DNA of 64,000 nucleotides from an uncultured cyanobacterium (GCA_963793425.1 CAWCAG010000007.1:768001-832000), one strand, 5' to 3'. Shown: positions 40,098-51,349, counted from the stretch's first letter. Numbers and translations are program-made. Notes: generated by a model not told the origin, from the letters alone.

Positions 40098-42041
40098 TCA
40101 AACTAACTCAGCTACTGCTTGTACCACTTGAACAGGCATAATTGGTTTAGATAAGTGTAAAGTAAAGCCTGCTTTTTTGGTACGTTGCTGGTCTTCTTCC
40201 CTAGCATAGGCTGTAAGGGCGATCGCCTTTAAGGAAGGTTCGGTAGCTTCTTGACGTTGCTGTAATTGTTGCATCAAGTCATAACCATCCTCTGTCGGCA
40301 TAGCAATGTCACTAATTAAAATATCGGGACGTTGTTTGTCAAAGGCAGCTAAAGCTTTCCCTACAGAAGCAACCGCAGTTACCTGGGCCCCGCAATTTCT
40401 CAAAACTAAAGCGACTAACTCTCTACTATCGGTATCATCCTCCACTAGCAAGATTTTGATATCTTTTAGTTCAGGAAGTTGAGTTTGTACCTTGCTTTCA
40501 CTAAAACCTGTGCTGGGTTTAGATAGCTTTGTTTCTAGTATCGGTAGTTGAACTGTAAAAGTTGAGCCTCTCCCTATACCTGCACTATAAGCGAAGATTG
40601 TTCCTCCGTGCATCTCAACTAAGTAACGGACAATTGCTAAACCCAAGCCCAATCCGCCATACTGGCGCTTCGAGTCACTTTTTACCTGGCCGAAGCGATC
40701 AAAAATATAAGGGAGAAACTCTTTTTCAATGCCAATTCCCGTGTCCTTAACTTGGATTTGAGCATAATCTTTGACCTGTTCAAGGTTAATACTCACGGCT
40801 CCTCCCTCTGGAGTAAACTTAATGGCATTGTTAAGTAAATTCCAAATTACTTGTTGTAATCTATCGGGATCACCAGAAACTAAACCGACATCTTGTTCTA
40901 GGTTAGTTTGCAAATCAATTTTCTTAGCTTGGGCTGCTATACCGATAGTATCAAGGGAAGCATTGATTATGCCCTGAAGGGGCAACGGCATCACCTTTAG
41001 TTGCATTTTACCGCGAATAATCCGCGAGATATCTAGTAAGTCTTCAATTAACTGAGCTTGAGTATAGGCACTGCGTTCAATAACTTCCATTGCCCTGGTG
41101 GTATCTCCAGGACTTAGCTGATTGCCTTTGAGTAACTGCAACCACCCCAGCATACCATTAAGAGGAGTCCGCAACTCATGGGAAAGAGTGGCCAAAAATT
41201 CATCTTTGAGGCGATTGGCTAATTCAGCTTCTTCTCTGGCTTGCTTTTCCTTTTGTAGCAGTTCAGTGCGTTCTTGTTCAGCTTGTTTTTGGGCAGTTAT
41301 ATCTTCTAAGGCTCCTTCATAATATAACAGTTTGCCTTGCTGATCTTTAATTGCTCTAGCGCTATGGCGCACCCAAATTAGGCTATCATCACAACGGCGT
41401 AATTGCGCTTCGTAGTTGTTAAGCTTGCCTTGGCTATAAAGTTGAGTTTTCCAAGCATTATAGGTTTGCCTGTCAACGTGGGAGTTAATTTGTTTATTGA
41501 GCAATAACTCCTGGAGATTTTCATAACCAAGTAATTGAGTTAGGCTGCTATTCGCTTCGAGGATCTCTCCGGTGGGAGTGAGGCGATAAAGTCCTACTGG
41601 TACGCCTTCAAACAGCCGACGATAGCTTTTTTCTAATTCTTGTTTGTCTCTGCGTTCTTTTTCTCTTTCCCAAACTGAACGAACTACTTTTGCTAAACGT
41701 AGATAATGCTTAGGAGATTTGATTACATAATCATTTAAACCGCTCTTCATCGCTTCAACAGCAATTTCTTCACTACCAGTACCAGTAAACATAACTACTG
41801 GACATTGAGGCTTGTGCTTTTTAACCCCATGCAAAATGTCTAAGCCTGTTACCCATCGTAGTTGGTAGTCAGTAATGACCAGATCAAACTCTGCTTGTTC
41901 TAAGCAGGAGGTGAAAGTAGCCCCATCAAATATTTCCACTGCCTCCAAAGACCGAAACTCTCGGTTTAATTCCCGCAATGCCAATGCCCTATCGTTGGGG
42001 TTGTCATCGATTAATAATATTCGTAATTTTTCATCACTCAT
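40098..42041 (-). CDS. Hybrid sensor histidine kinase (REC-PAS-HisKA-HATPase-REC)
   Basis: ILLIDD, PAS region, LSHELRTPL, NLLNNAIKFT, DTGIGI, GGLGLGL, C-terminal ILLVEDD..SDIAMP. Confidence 0.93.
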   Translation of the reverse strand: MSDEKLRILLIDDNPNDRALALRELNREFRSLEAVEIFDGATFTSCLEQAEFDLVITDYQLRWVTGLDILHGVKKHKPQCPVVMFTGTGSEEIAVEAMKSGLNDYVIKSPKHYLRLAKVVRSVWEREKERRDKQELEKSYRRLFEGVPVGLYRLTPTGEILEANSSLTQLLGYENLQELLLNKQINSHVDRQTYNAWKTQLYSQGKLNNYEAQLRRCDDSLIWVRHSARAIKDQQGKLLYYEGALEDITAQKQAEQERTELLQKEKQAREEAELANRLKDEFLATLSHELRTPLNGMLGWLQLLKGNQLSPGDTTRAMEVIERSAYTQAQLIEDLLDISRIIRGKMQLKVMPLPLQGIINASLDTIGIAAQAKKIDLQTNLEQDVGLVSGDPDRLQQVIWNLLNNAIKFTPEGGAVSINLEQVKDYAQIQVKDTGIGIEKEFLPYIFDRFGQVKSDSKRQYGGLGLGLAIVRYLVEMHGGTIFAYSAGIGRGSTFTVQLPILETKLSKPSTGFSESKVQTQLPELKDIKILLVEDDTDSRELVALVLRNCGAQVTAVASVGKALAAFDKQRPDILISDIAMPTEDGYDLMQQLQQRQEATEPSLKAIALTAYAREEDQQRTKKAGFTLHLSKPIMPVQVVQAVAELV

Positions 42042-42054
42042 GATCTTAAAAATG

Positions 42055-43209
42055 CTAGACCTTAATAGCTTTTAGCAATTGCTCAATCTCTTCGGGTAAA
42101 GTGAAATAGTGAACGCAGGCACGAATACAATCAGGATCAGCAATGGTTCGGAGTAAGAAACCTTGCTTTTCTAAGTCTTGAACAAATTTTTGATGGGAGT
42201 TGTTTTCTGTTAATTGGAAAGAAACTAAACCTGCTTGTGGAGGTTTGGTACGCAAACATTTTACTCCTTTTATTTGCTTTAATTCTTCCCAAAGATACTT
42301 ACTTAACTGGCAAATTTTTTCATAGCGTTTTTGGGCAGTTCCCCAGGTAGAATGAATCGCGATCGCCTCTTGTAAACCAAGATATTGAGGATAAGCAGAT
42401 GTGGCCACTTCATAACGCTGCCCGTCCTTTTTCCAGCCGGTGGGTTGTCCTCTTTGGTTAACCTCTACCCCTCGCCAACCAATAAAGGTAGGATGAAGAC
42501 TAGACTGGGTTTCTGGACGTACATAAAGCCCTCCTACTCCCTGGGGTCCACAAAGCCATTTATGCCCTGTAAAAGCATAGAAATCTGCTTCTAACTCCGT
42601 TAAGTTTAAGGGTAAACAACCGACAGATTGAGCCGCATCTACTAAAACTCTAACGGGTTTTTCTCCTAAATAGTTATGGCAAACCTGAACAATTTCTTTT
42701 AAAGGTACAACCTGCCCTATATTCCATAACAAATGGCTGAGTACAACTAACCTGGTTTTTGGGGTTAAATACTGGGCAATTACTTCTGTGGGGTTTCCTT
42801 CATTTAGGGTTTCCATGAGGGGAAAAACAACCATTTCTACCCCAAAACGGCGACAAATTTCCTGTACCGTGGCAATCACCCCAGGATGTTCACAATCGCT
42901 TATGATGATGCGATCTCCTGGTTGCCACTCCATACCCCAAAGGGCAATATTGCAACCTGCTGTCACATTTTCAGTGATAGTAATTGCCTCTGTCGGAGAA
43001 TTTAATTCAGCGGCGATCGCTACTCTAGTGGCAGCTACTTGTTCTTTGATCCAACCATTAATGCCAACACCAAAAGGCCCTTCCTTGTCAATATATTCAT
43101 AACCTTGGATAATTGCCTGAAAAGCTGTTTGGGGCAAAGGCCCTTGCCCACCAAAATTAAAGTAAACTTTATTAGCAAGGGCTGGGAAGTTTTCTCGGTA
43201 CTTTTGCAT
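42055..43209 (-). CDS. Class V PLP enzyme, L-cysteine/cystine lyase (C-DES-like)
   Basis: FPALANKVYFNFGGQG, VDAAQS, FYAFTGHKW, RYEVATS, IRACVHY. Confidence 0.85.
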   Translation of the reverse strand: MQKYRENFPALANKVYFNFGGQGPLPQTAFQAIIQGYEYIDKEGPFGVGINGWIKEQVAATRVAIAAELNSPTEAITITENVTAGCNIALWGMEWQPGDRIIISDCEHPGVIATVQEICRRFGVEMVVFPLMETLNEGNPTEVIAQYLTPKTRLVVLSHLLWNIGQVVPLKEIVQVCHNYLGEKPVRVLVDAAQSVGCLPLNLTELEADFYAFTGHKWLCGPQGVGGLYVRPETQSSLHPTFIGWRGVEVNQRGQPTGWKKDGQRYEVATSAYPQYLGLQEAIAIHSTWGTAQKRYEKICQLSKYLWEELKQIKGVKCLRTKPPQAGLVSFQLTENNSHQKFVQDLEKQGFLLRTIADPDCIRACVHYFTLPEEIEQLLKAIKV

Positions 43210-43290
43210 TACAAAGTTGAGTAATCAGTAATCAGTAACAATATTATGGCAAAGCAACTTTCTCTACTACCGCTATCCCCAATTCCTTAA

Positions 43291-44538
43291 ATGCCACCAC
43301 TCCCCCTCACCTTAACTGTCATACTCGCTTTCTATGTCGCTTGGAATTTAGGTGCTAATGATGTTGCCAATTCCATGGGAACTTCCGTTGGTTCCAAAGC
43401 CCTGACTTTAACCCAAGCTATTATTGTTGCTGGGGTGCTAGAGTTTTCTGGGGCAGTGCTTTTTGGGCAGAAAGTTTCTTCTACCTTAGCCACAGAAGTA
43501 GCTAATCCTCAACTCTTTGCTGAAAACCCCCAAGTGCTTTTGTTGGGTATGGTTTCTGTTTTAATCGCCGTAGGAACTTGGCTACAAATTGCTACTAGTA
43601 AAGGTTTACCCGTCGCTACTTCCCATGCTGTGGTGGGTGCGATCGCTGGGTTTAGTTGGTTGGCAGTGGGAGTAGATGCTATAGCTTGGGGAAGTATCGG
43701 CATTATTAGTCTGGCTTGGGTGATTACTCCGGTGATTAGCGGTATTGTTGCTGCTTTGTTTTACAGCATAATTAAGCAAGGAATCCTAGATCGCGATGAT
43801 TCTTTAGCTGCCCTAGAAGAATGGATTCCTTGGTTAAGTGCAATTCTCTTAACAGTGTTTGGTGTGATTGTTTTGCCTAGTCTGTTCGATCAACCTCTAT
43901 TTACCTCCCTTTCCTTACCCACCCACGACTTCTCTTTAGCAATAGGGGCAATAGCAGCAGTGGGGCTAAGTTTCTTTAGCTGGGGCAGTTTAGCTAAATT
44001 GCGAGTTAAGGGGCAGGAAAACTTAGTGGAAAAGCAACTGGGGAAATTTCAGGTTTTGAGTGCTTGTTTTGTGGCCTTTGCCCATGGCTCTAATGATGTA
44101 GGCAATGCGATCGCACCTTTAGCGGCGATCGCCTATATTTTTAAAACAAATACTGTTCCCATCAATAACTTAGATGTACCGGAATGGATTCTTATTTTGG
44201 GTGGCTTAGGTATTGTTGCTGGGCTAGCAGTACAGGGCAAAAAGGTTATTAGTACTGTAGGAGAAGACATCATCCCCTTACAACCAAGTAGCGGTTTTTG
44301 TGCTGAGATTGCCACGGCTGCTACTATTTTAGTAGCTTCTCGCTTCGGTTTACCTGTATCTACTTCCCATGCCCTGGTTGGTGGTGTTGTTGGTATCGGT
44401 CTATTACAAAACTGGCGTAAAGTTCGCTTCCAAACTCTCAAGTCTGTAGCTTTTGCTTGGTTATTCACCCTTCCTTTTGCCGGTATTTTAGCAGCTATTT
44501 GCTTTGTGATTTTGCGCTATTTCTTCTTACCAAATTAG
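43291..44538 (+). CDS. Inorganic phosphate transporter (PiT family)
   Basis: GANDVANSMGTSVGS and HGSNDVGNAIAP signatures, PVSTSH. Confidence 0.93.
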   Translation: MPPLPLTLTVILAFYVAWNLGANDVANSMGTSVGSKALTLTQAIIVAGVLEFSGAVLFGQKVSSTLATEVANPQLFAENPQVLLLGMVSVLIAVGTWLQIATSKGLPVATSHAVVGAIAGFSWLAVGVDAIAWGSIGIISLAWVITPVISGIVAALFYSIIKQGILDRDDSLAALEEWIPWLSAILLTVFGVIVLPSLFDQPLFTSLSLPTHDFSLAIGAIAAVGLSFFSWGSLAKLRVKGQENLVEKQLGKFQVLSACFVAFAHGSNDVGNAIAPLAAIAYIFKTNTVPINNLDVPEWILILGGLGIVAGLAVQGKKVISTVGEDIIPLQPSSGFCAEIATAATILVASRFGLPVSTSHALVGGVVGIGLLQNWRKVRFQTLKSVAFAWLFTLPFAGILAAICFVILRYFFLPN

Positions 44539-44586
44539 GCTTCATCTATAAACTTGCTAATTCAAACTCTTAGTTAAACAAAATAA

Positions 44587-44907
44587 ATGACTGCAACAAC
44601 TGCCAAACAGTCCGATTTAATTACTTCTGGATTTCATGCTCTCTCCGAACCAATTAGAATCCGAGTATTAGAACTATTACGAGAAAGGGAACTCTGTGTT
44701 TGCGAGTTGTGCGAAATTATGGATATTTCCCAGTCTAAACTTTCTTTCCATCTTAAAACCCTCAAAGAAGCTGCTTTAGTTCGCCCTCGCCAAGAAGGAA
44801 GATGGATTTACTATAGCCTCAACCTCCCTCAGTTAGTTGCTTTAGAGCAGTATTTAGCTGATTATCGCCGTTTAGCAGTTATGTTACCAGCTAAAACTTG
44901 TTGTTAA
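44587..44907 (+). CDS. arsR: ArsR/SmtB family repressor
   Basis: FHALSEP.R, ELCVCEL metal-binding box, SQSKLSFHLK.L, GRWIYYSL. Confidence 0.85.
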   Translation: MTATTAKQSDLITSGFHALSEPIRIRVLELLRERELCVCELCEIMDISQSKLSFHLKTLKEAALVRPRQEGRWIYYSLNLPQLVALEQYLADYRRLAVMLPAKTCC

Positions 44908-45134
44908 TTGTTAACTAAGCTTTGTGTGACTTTTTTGAAGTCTTGAGAAAAATAAATTTGTGATTCAAGTATATTCTCTCGTGAAAAATTAGATGCAGTT
45001 TTTATAGTCAAATGTAGGAATTAAATTAAGGGAGCTTATACAAACTATAAAACTCTAAAATAGAGAGTATTTGTTACTAGTAACCTTTTTGTTTATACGT
45101 TGAACCTGTAGAATCTAATCAAAACGCCGTAGAA

Positions 45135-45638
45135 GTGGAGGGCATTCGCTTTGAAACTATAGTACCAGAGCAAATAGAGGAGGTTTCTTTTTCTGAAATA
45201 TCTGATACTAGTTCCCCAATACGAATGGGGCTTAAGATTACTAACAATACATCAGTGTCTCAGCGCTTTTGCTCAGATAGCACCTTGATTCCCACTCTTG
45301 TGGGAGCAGATGGTTTCGTAACAGGATGCAAACTTGGGGGCGGTGGCCTTGGGTGGGTTGGTATTAGGGAATCTGATTTTCATTTGGTCAGCAGTGGAGA
45401 AAGTGTAACCTTCTTTGTAAGCGTACATATTGAAAGAGAAAGGGATGGGCTGTTTAATCTCATAGTTGATGGTACGGCACGTGGCTATTGGTCACTTCCT
45501 GATTTAAAGTTGGGTATCTATCAGATTCGCTTGACATACAACTCGTCAATAGATTCATTTGGTACACCTTTGTCTGAGGATTTCTGGAGAGGTATGGTAA
45601 ATACACCTTTCGTAGAATTTTGTTTATTTAGAGCTTAG
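45135..45638 (+). CDS. Hypothetical protein, possibly the C-terminal remnant of a larger gene
   Basis: The frame stays open upstream (VEPVESNQNAVEVEG) without a good start; G.YQIRLTY and W.G.V.TPFVEFCL motifs. Confidence 0.5.
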   Translation: MEGIRFETIVPEQIEEVSFSEISDTSSPIRMGLKITNNTSVSQRFCSDSTLIPTLVGADGFVTGCKLGGGGLGWVGIRESDFHLVSSGESVTFFVSVHIERERDGLFNLIVDGTARGYWSLPDLKLGIYQIRLTYNSSIDSFGTPLSEDFWRGMVNTPFVEFCLFRA

Positions 45639-45898
45639 AAGTGAAATTGTGTTCACCAAGACTATCTATCTCTAAATTTGTCATCAAGACTATTTTAGCT
45701 ATTTGAATATTAAGGTATATATTTGCGAAGTATAGTAAAGCAGAAATACTAACATTATTTCACTAAATAAATTAATTATTCGAGTAAATCCTCTGAAGGA
45801 AATTAAATCTGGTTTTTCTAGCATTATGTAGACATCGCAATTCAAGTACTCAATATTATGTAAACTGAACTATTGTTTGCTGAGGTTATGTGTTTGTT

Positions 45899-46747
45899 AT
45901 GTTTCATTTAACTAAACTGTTTTCCCAATTTCGTTGCTTACCTGTTCCTTTGTTACTAACAGTAAGCTTTTTAGGATTAAGTAATATGCCTATCAAAGCA
46001 AATCCTGAAGAGCGTTATCAAGTCAGTGGAGATGAAGCAGGAAAAGTTACTGTTGTTGATGCTGATTCTGGAGAAGTAGTTAATACTTTTCAGATTGATG
46101 AAGGTGGAGTTATTGAAGAAACTTTTGTCTTGGATGAGGGCAAAACTATTGCTGCGGCACAAAATGAACAGACTATTTTCTGGAACTTGGAAACGGGTGA
46201 AGAAATTGGTCGTGTTCAAGGGCGAATGTACAACTTTTTTGAGGTAGACAAAAGAATTATCACCTATGCAGAAGAATTAGTACCTATTCCCCAAAGTGAA
46301 GAAACAGAGCAAGATTCCGACCAGCCAAATTTACAATCGTTTTGGACTCTGCCTACCACTTTTGCTTACAGATATCCAGAGTTAGACTCACAGTGTAAAA
46401 TGCCTATTTTTTTTGAAACAGAAAGTGATTATTTTCGTTTATCTCCAGATGGTCGCTACTTAGCTATTTCTTTGGTAGCAACCTCCAAGCCAGAAGGATG
46501 TAGAAGTTTTTAAAAGAGTTCTGCCATCTTCTGAATTATACGACCTTCAAAGCTGTAGTGAGGTCAATATTGCCGAACAGCTTGTCTCTGGACCGACTAG
46601 TCTAGGAAAGTTTTCTCTGACTCAAGATACTACCTTCTGCAAAATGTTTCTTTCCATATTGGCAACCGTGTCGCTTTAGGTGCAATCAAATTTGATTTGC
46701 AAACTGGCAAGATTGTCGAGAAAATTCCTGAGAGAATGCGGGATTAG
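45899..46747 (+). pseudogene. Exported WD40/beta-propeller-like protein with two frameshifts
   Basis: Signal peptide; WNLETGEEI, LSPDGRYLA; continues DVEVFKRVLPSSELYDL..GKFS, then (P)DSRYYLL..FDLQTGKIVEKIPERMRD* in shifted frames (~46496, ~46617). Confidence 0.65.
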
Positions 46748-46794
46748 TAACGTCCTCGTAATCAGGCAATATTAGTTATAAATGTTTAGACAAA

Positions 46795-48180
46795 ATGAAA
46801 AAAGCAAAAATAGTAATAAGTTTAAGCATACTTTCTTCAATATTACAATTTAATTCTCCAGCTTTGGGAGCATCTCTCACTTCTGGATACAAAATCAGTT
46901 TCGAACCCATAGTTGAAAATAATAATGTTGGTGATTTGGTACTTGAGGTTTCTCCTTAGTCGATGAGTATGGTATACCGACAGGAGATTTTGGTATTGAG
47001 GGCGACTTTAAGTCAAGTACAAATGAATCTTATACAGATTTCTTACAAAACACTCTCAATGGAGCAATAGGTATTAACTGGTTACAAATATGGAATATAG
47101 AACCAGATTTTGCGGGTTTAGTAGATCCTCTAGTAGACCCTCCTCCTGGAGGACTTAATAATGACTGGGCAGATAACAAACCTTGGTATTGGGACGAAAG
47201 TAAACCTGATTTATCCCAAGCTACGCAGCAACCAGGGCAACGGTTTAGATTACCTAATGGAAAAATATTTCACGAAAACCAACTTCTCAATGTAAATTTA
47301 ACCCCCTCACAGAATATTTCCAATCCCACAGAGTTATCTTTTGAGGACTTTCCCGCAGCAACCAGTACTCAAGCACTAACATACAACTTCGATACATTCC
47401 TAATCGCTGAATACGCTAACAATAAATATGACATCTTTAGCAGTTTTTCTTGGAAAACCTTCGTTGACAATCAAGGGCCGAGACAAGGATTAACAGATGT
47501 TACTGAACTAACTGAAGGAGCAGTATTTACTCAAGAACATGCTGATTTAGTATCAGCATTCGGCTACCAGAAAGTAGCCAAACTCCCCACCTATAAAAAG
47601 TCCTTTAACCTGACTCCTGGTTATGCTGATGGCTTATACCGTAACGGACTCAATCCAGATACCCCTTTTCTGGCTTACATTGACAATAACCCAGATGGCA
47701 CTTTACCTAACCCCGACACTCGTTTAGGAGTATTTGATCAAGCTGACCAACTCATTTATAGTGACAATGATGATAGTCCTGTGGGAAATGGTGAAGCTTC
47801 TGGATTAGTAGGCAACATTAACAGCGATGGTACTCTTAGACTCAAAATTAGTGGTTATGATGATCACCAGTTCGTAGGTTCACAAGGAGATTGTAGTGCT
47901 GGCAGTGGCGGTGGAGGATGTACGTACTTCCAAAATGAAGCAGGAAGATATGACTTATTTGTCAAACTTAACGAAGATAATTTGTATACTTCCAACTATA
48001 ATGCCTCATCTTTATCCTGCCCCCCAAGCAAGCTTATTTTCCGCCTCTAACCTAGACTCTATTGTAGGAAGGCGTGTAATAACTTCTTCTTCCGAAAAAG
48101 TCTTTGAACCAACTTCCATACTTGCCATTGCTGCTGTAGGTTTAGGAATTGTCTGGCGAGGCAAAAAAGGTAAGCAGTGA
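46795..48180 (+). pseudogene. PEP-CTERM-type surface protein (~460 aa) with two frameshifts; mostly missed by the ORF track
   Basis: MKKAKIVISLS..ALG-A signal; stop-free frame 46956-48047 (INWLQI, DPPPGG..WADNKPWYWDE, PDTRLGVFD..DNDDSP); C-terminus KVFEPTSILAIAAVGLGIVWRGKKGKQ*. Confidence 0.75.
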
Positions 48181-49484
48181 AACGCACCTACACCATACTC
48201 TATTGCCTTAGCATCATCCTCATCGAACCTTGGGGCAACAGTCGCGGCGATATTTGGACGCAACCGAAAATCTTAGTCCTGTTATTAATAACTCTCCTTA
48301 ATCTTTCTCTGCTTTGGGAAGAAAGGTTAAATCTCATCATCCCCCGTAACTGGAAAATAACTGCGCTTCTTTGGTCTATTTTCCTCTCCATTGGCTTACT
48401 TGCTACTCTGCAAAGTCCCTTTCCCTATACTTCTTTGTGGGGACAAGCACAAATGGGAGATGGTTGGTTATATTGGTGTTTGGTGGCTGGTTTTACTCTT
48501 AGTAATGCTTTGGTATTGAAGTTGCGACCAGAATTGCTACGCTGTCAATACTTGGGCTTGATTATTGGGGGTATTATACTTGCTGTTGCCATTTTTCCTC
48601 AAGCGATTAATTGGCAGATTGACTACACCGCTACCACAGGTCAATTGCGGCAAGATAATATTTTAGTTAGTACCATTTTTCGTAACCAGCAACCCATTGG
48701 CTTTTATTCTCATCGTGGTCATAGTGCTATTGTTTTAGCTATGGTTGCAATGAGTATTGTTTCCTTTAAAAACCAGCCAAGAGTTTTTAAAAACTTAACT
48801 TGGGTTTTTCTTTCCATGATAATTATCGCTTTAGTTTTAACGCAAACTAGGGCGGCAATTCTCGCTCTGACTATAGCTATAACCTACTGGTGTTATCAAA
48901 CGAGGAAAGCTTCACTTAGCATTACCGTCATTTGCTTGGCGTTATTATTAATAGCGGCAATCTCTTCTCAACGTCAGATTGCCCAACTGCAACAGTTTAA
49001 CTTCAACCCTGCTACCATAGCCATTAAAAATCTCTCTTCAGATCGTGTTTTACTTTGGCAACAAGCTTTACCAGCAATTAGGGAACGACCTTTGTTAGGA
49101 TGGGGCTTTGATGGTTTTGGTATTGCTTATGCTGATGGGCAAACCTCCTCCCTAGAAGCAACAATTTTGGCTTTAAATGAAGCAAGTTTTGATTATCTTG
49201 AAGCAGGTCAAATTAAAAGAAGCCCACTTCCGACTTATAAGGCACATAACCTCATTTTAGACACTACTTTATCAGTAGGAATTTTAGGAACAATAACTTA
49301 TCTTTCTCTTTTTGGATACTGTTGCTACCAAGTGAAAAATTCTTCTGGTTACGGTATGGAATCTGTGGCGATCACCTACTTTGTTTTTACCTTAACTTGG
49401 TTTGAATGCGCCCAGTTTAGCCATTTAGCTTGGTGGACGCTTTCAAACCAAATGACTATAGTTATAGCTGATTTCGACTTGTGA
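48177..49484 (+). CDS. O-antigen ligase (Wzy_C) family membrane protein
   Basis: Multiple TM helices; LTQTRAA, R..LWQ.A...IRERPLLGWG, KAHN..LD..LSVGILG. Confidence 0.85.
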   Translation: MKRTYTILYCLSIILIEPWGNSRGDIWTQPKILVLLLITLLNLSLLWEERLNLIIPRNWKITALLWSIFLSIGLLATLQSPFPYTSLWGQAQMGDGWLYWCLVAGFTLSNALVLKLRPELLRCQYLGLIIGGIILAVAIFPQAINWQIDYTATTGQLRQDNILVSTIFRNQQPIGFYSHRGHSAIVLAMVAMSIVSFKNQPRVFKNLTWVFLSMIIIALVLTQTRAAILALTIAITYWCYQTRKASLSITVICLALLLIAAISSQRQIAQLQQFNFNPATIAIKNLSSDRVLLWQQALPAIRERPLLGWGFDGFGIAYADGQTSSLEATILALNEASFDYLEAGQIKRSPLPTYKAHNLILDTTLSVGILGTITYLSLFGYCCYQVKNSSGYGMESVAITYFVFTLTWFECAQFSHLAWWTLSNQMTIVIADFDL

Positions 49485-49543
49485 TTGTATTATTTGTAGC
49501 CTTTGTATTACACTAAAGAAATCCTCGATTCATCTTTTTTGTC

Positions 49544-51349
49544 ATGGCTACGTTTAAGCATCTGCTCCGCCCCTATCGTCCCTATCGTACCGTAGCAATC
49601 TTTAGCATTGTTGCTACTGGTATTTTAGAAATTGCTGATTTAGTTGTTCCCTACGCCATTGGTCAAATTCTTAATGTTCTTTCTCAACAGCCTATAGATA
49701 AACCGATACAGAGTCTAACTAATCTTGTTGCTAATCTTACCCCTATTCAGGAAGGAAAACTTCTCTCTTTAGGGGTTTTGTTAGGGATAATTTTCTTAAT
49801 TAATGTCGTCAAAGCCCCCATTCAACCTTGGGCTGTTAACTGGTTTCATTGGGCGATCGCCCTCAAATCTCGTCGTGATCAATCAGAAGCCGTAACAGCA
49901 AAAATCCTCAGCTTACCCTTAGAATTTTACGATGAACATAATCCTGGTCGCATTGCTGGGCGGGTAGCAAGGGGGCTAACCAATCAGACTTGGACTTATC
50001 CAGAAATTGCTGGGCAATTGCTTCCTAAATTGATATTGGTGTTTGGTATTTTTCTGCTTATTCTGTTTCTAGAATGGCGTATTGCTATTGCTTTTATTAT
50101 CTCTTTCTTGCTCATTCTTTCCCTAACTTTACGGAATTTGCGCCGTTTAATTCGTCGGGAAAAGAGTCTTGATAAATATATGGAAAGTACAGAAAGCCAT
50201 ACTTCAGAATTAATTACTAACATCAAAACTGTTAAAGCTTTTGCTACAGAAGCTGAGGAATTACAAAGGCAAAATCGCAGACTTTCTAGAGAACTTAAGG
50301 TTATTGTTGATCGTATTCATAGGGGTTATACAAAACTAGAAAGTAAACAGAAAACCTTAATTCAATTGTGTGTATTTCTCGTCCTTCTCTCTACCCTAAT
50401 TGCCACCCTGAAAGGAGAAATATCTTTAGGACATTTCGTAACTATTTTAACGGTTTCTAGTATGGCTTATGCAGAACTAGAACCGATTAGTTCCCTCGCT
50501 GAAATATTTGCCCGCCGCTATGCTTCTATGTTACGTTTTCACGATTTTATGCAGCATCCCCTTGGTGAAGATGCAGCTAGTTTAGACATAACAAAACAGC
50601 ATAGTTATCGCTTTACCGGTAAAGTGGAATTTTCTCATCTTAACTTCGGTTATGATTCCCAACGTCTAGTTCTTAAAGATATTAACTTTCTTATTGAACC
50701 CTATCAAACTATAGCTTTAGTGGGGCGTTCTGGTTCAGGAAAATCAACTTTAGTTAAGCTTTTGTTCCGTTATTTTGAGCCTAACCAAGGGCGCATTTTA
50801 ATAGATGGGGAAGATATTCGTGACCTAAACATTGCTAGCTATCGCCGTCGTTTAGCGATTGTTCACCAGGAAGTTGATGTTTTCAATGGTACTCTTTTAT
50901 CTAATCTCACTTACGGAAATCCTCACGCCACTCAAGAACAGATAGAATCCGCTTGTAAAATTGCTAGGGTAGACGAATTTATTCGTGAATTTCGAGATGG
51001 TTACTATACCGTTGTGGGAGAAAGGGGAGTACGTTTATCAGGAGGACAAAGACAGCGTTTAGGCATAGCTAGGGCTTTATTAGTTGATCCTGATGTTTTG
51101 ATTTTTGATGAAGCTACTTCCAGTTTAGATTATGAATCAGAACGTTCTATTCAACTAGCAATGAGGTCAATTTTTGGTACGCGAACAACTATTATTATTG
51201 CCCACCGTTTAAGTACAATCAGGGAAGCAGATAAAATTGTTGTTTTAGATTCAGGACGTATTGTTGAAGTAGGAAGTCATGAAGAGTTGTTGCAGAAACA
51301 AGGGCTTTATCAGCGTTTACATTATTTGCAAGAAACAAAAATGTCTTAA
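49544..51349 (+). CDS. ABC exporter, fused permease/ATP-binding (MsbA-like)
   Basis: N-terminal TMD; GRSGSGKST, LSGGQRQR, LIFDEATSSLD, IAHRLST. Confidence 0.93.
   Translation: MATFKHLLRPYRPYRTVAIFSIVATGILEIADLVVPYAIGQILNVLSQQPIDKPIQSLTNLVANLTPIQEGKLLSLGVLLGIIFLINVVKAPIQPWAVNWFHWAIALKSRRDQSEAVTAKILSLPLEFYDEHNPGRIAGRVARGLTNQTWTYPEIAGQLLPKLILVFGIFLLILFLEWRIAIAFIISFLLILSLTLRNLRRLIRREKSLDKYMESTESHTSELITNIKTVKAFATEAEELQRQNRRLSRELKVIVDRIHRGYTKLESKQKTLIQLCVFLVLLSTLIATLKGEISLGHFVTILTVSSMAYAELEPISSLAEIFARRYASMLRFHDFMQHPLGEDAASLDITKQHSYRFTGKVEFSHLNFGYDSQRLVLKDINFLIEPYQTIALVGRSGSGKSTLVKLLFRYFEPNQGRILIDGEDIRDLNIASYRRRLAIVHQEVDVFNGTLLSNLTYGNPHATQEQIESACKIARVDEFIREFRDGYYTVVGERGVRLSGGQRQRLGIARALLVDPDVLIFDEATSSLDYESERSIQLAMRSIFGTRTTIIIAHRLSTIREADKIVVLDSGRIVEVGSHEELLQKQGLYQRLHYLQETKMS

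Noticed and set aside
44135..49850. Absence of HIP1 sites as evidence of horizontal transfer
   Set aside because: A similar or longer HIP1-free gap occurs at ~17.9-24.6 kb and counts are by eye, so it is not decisive
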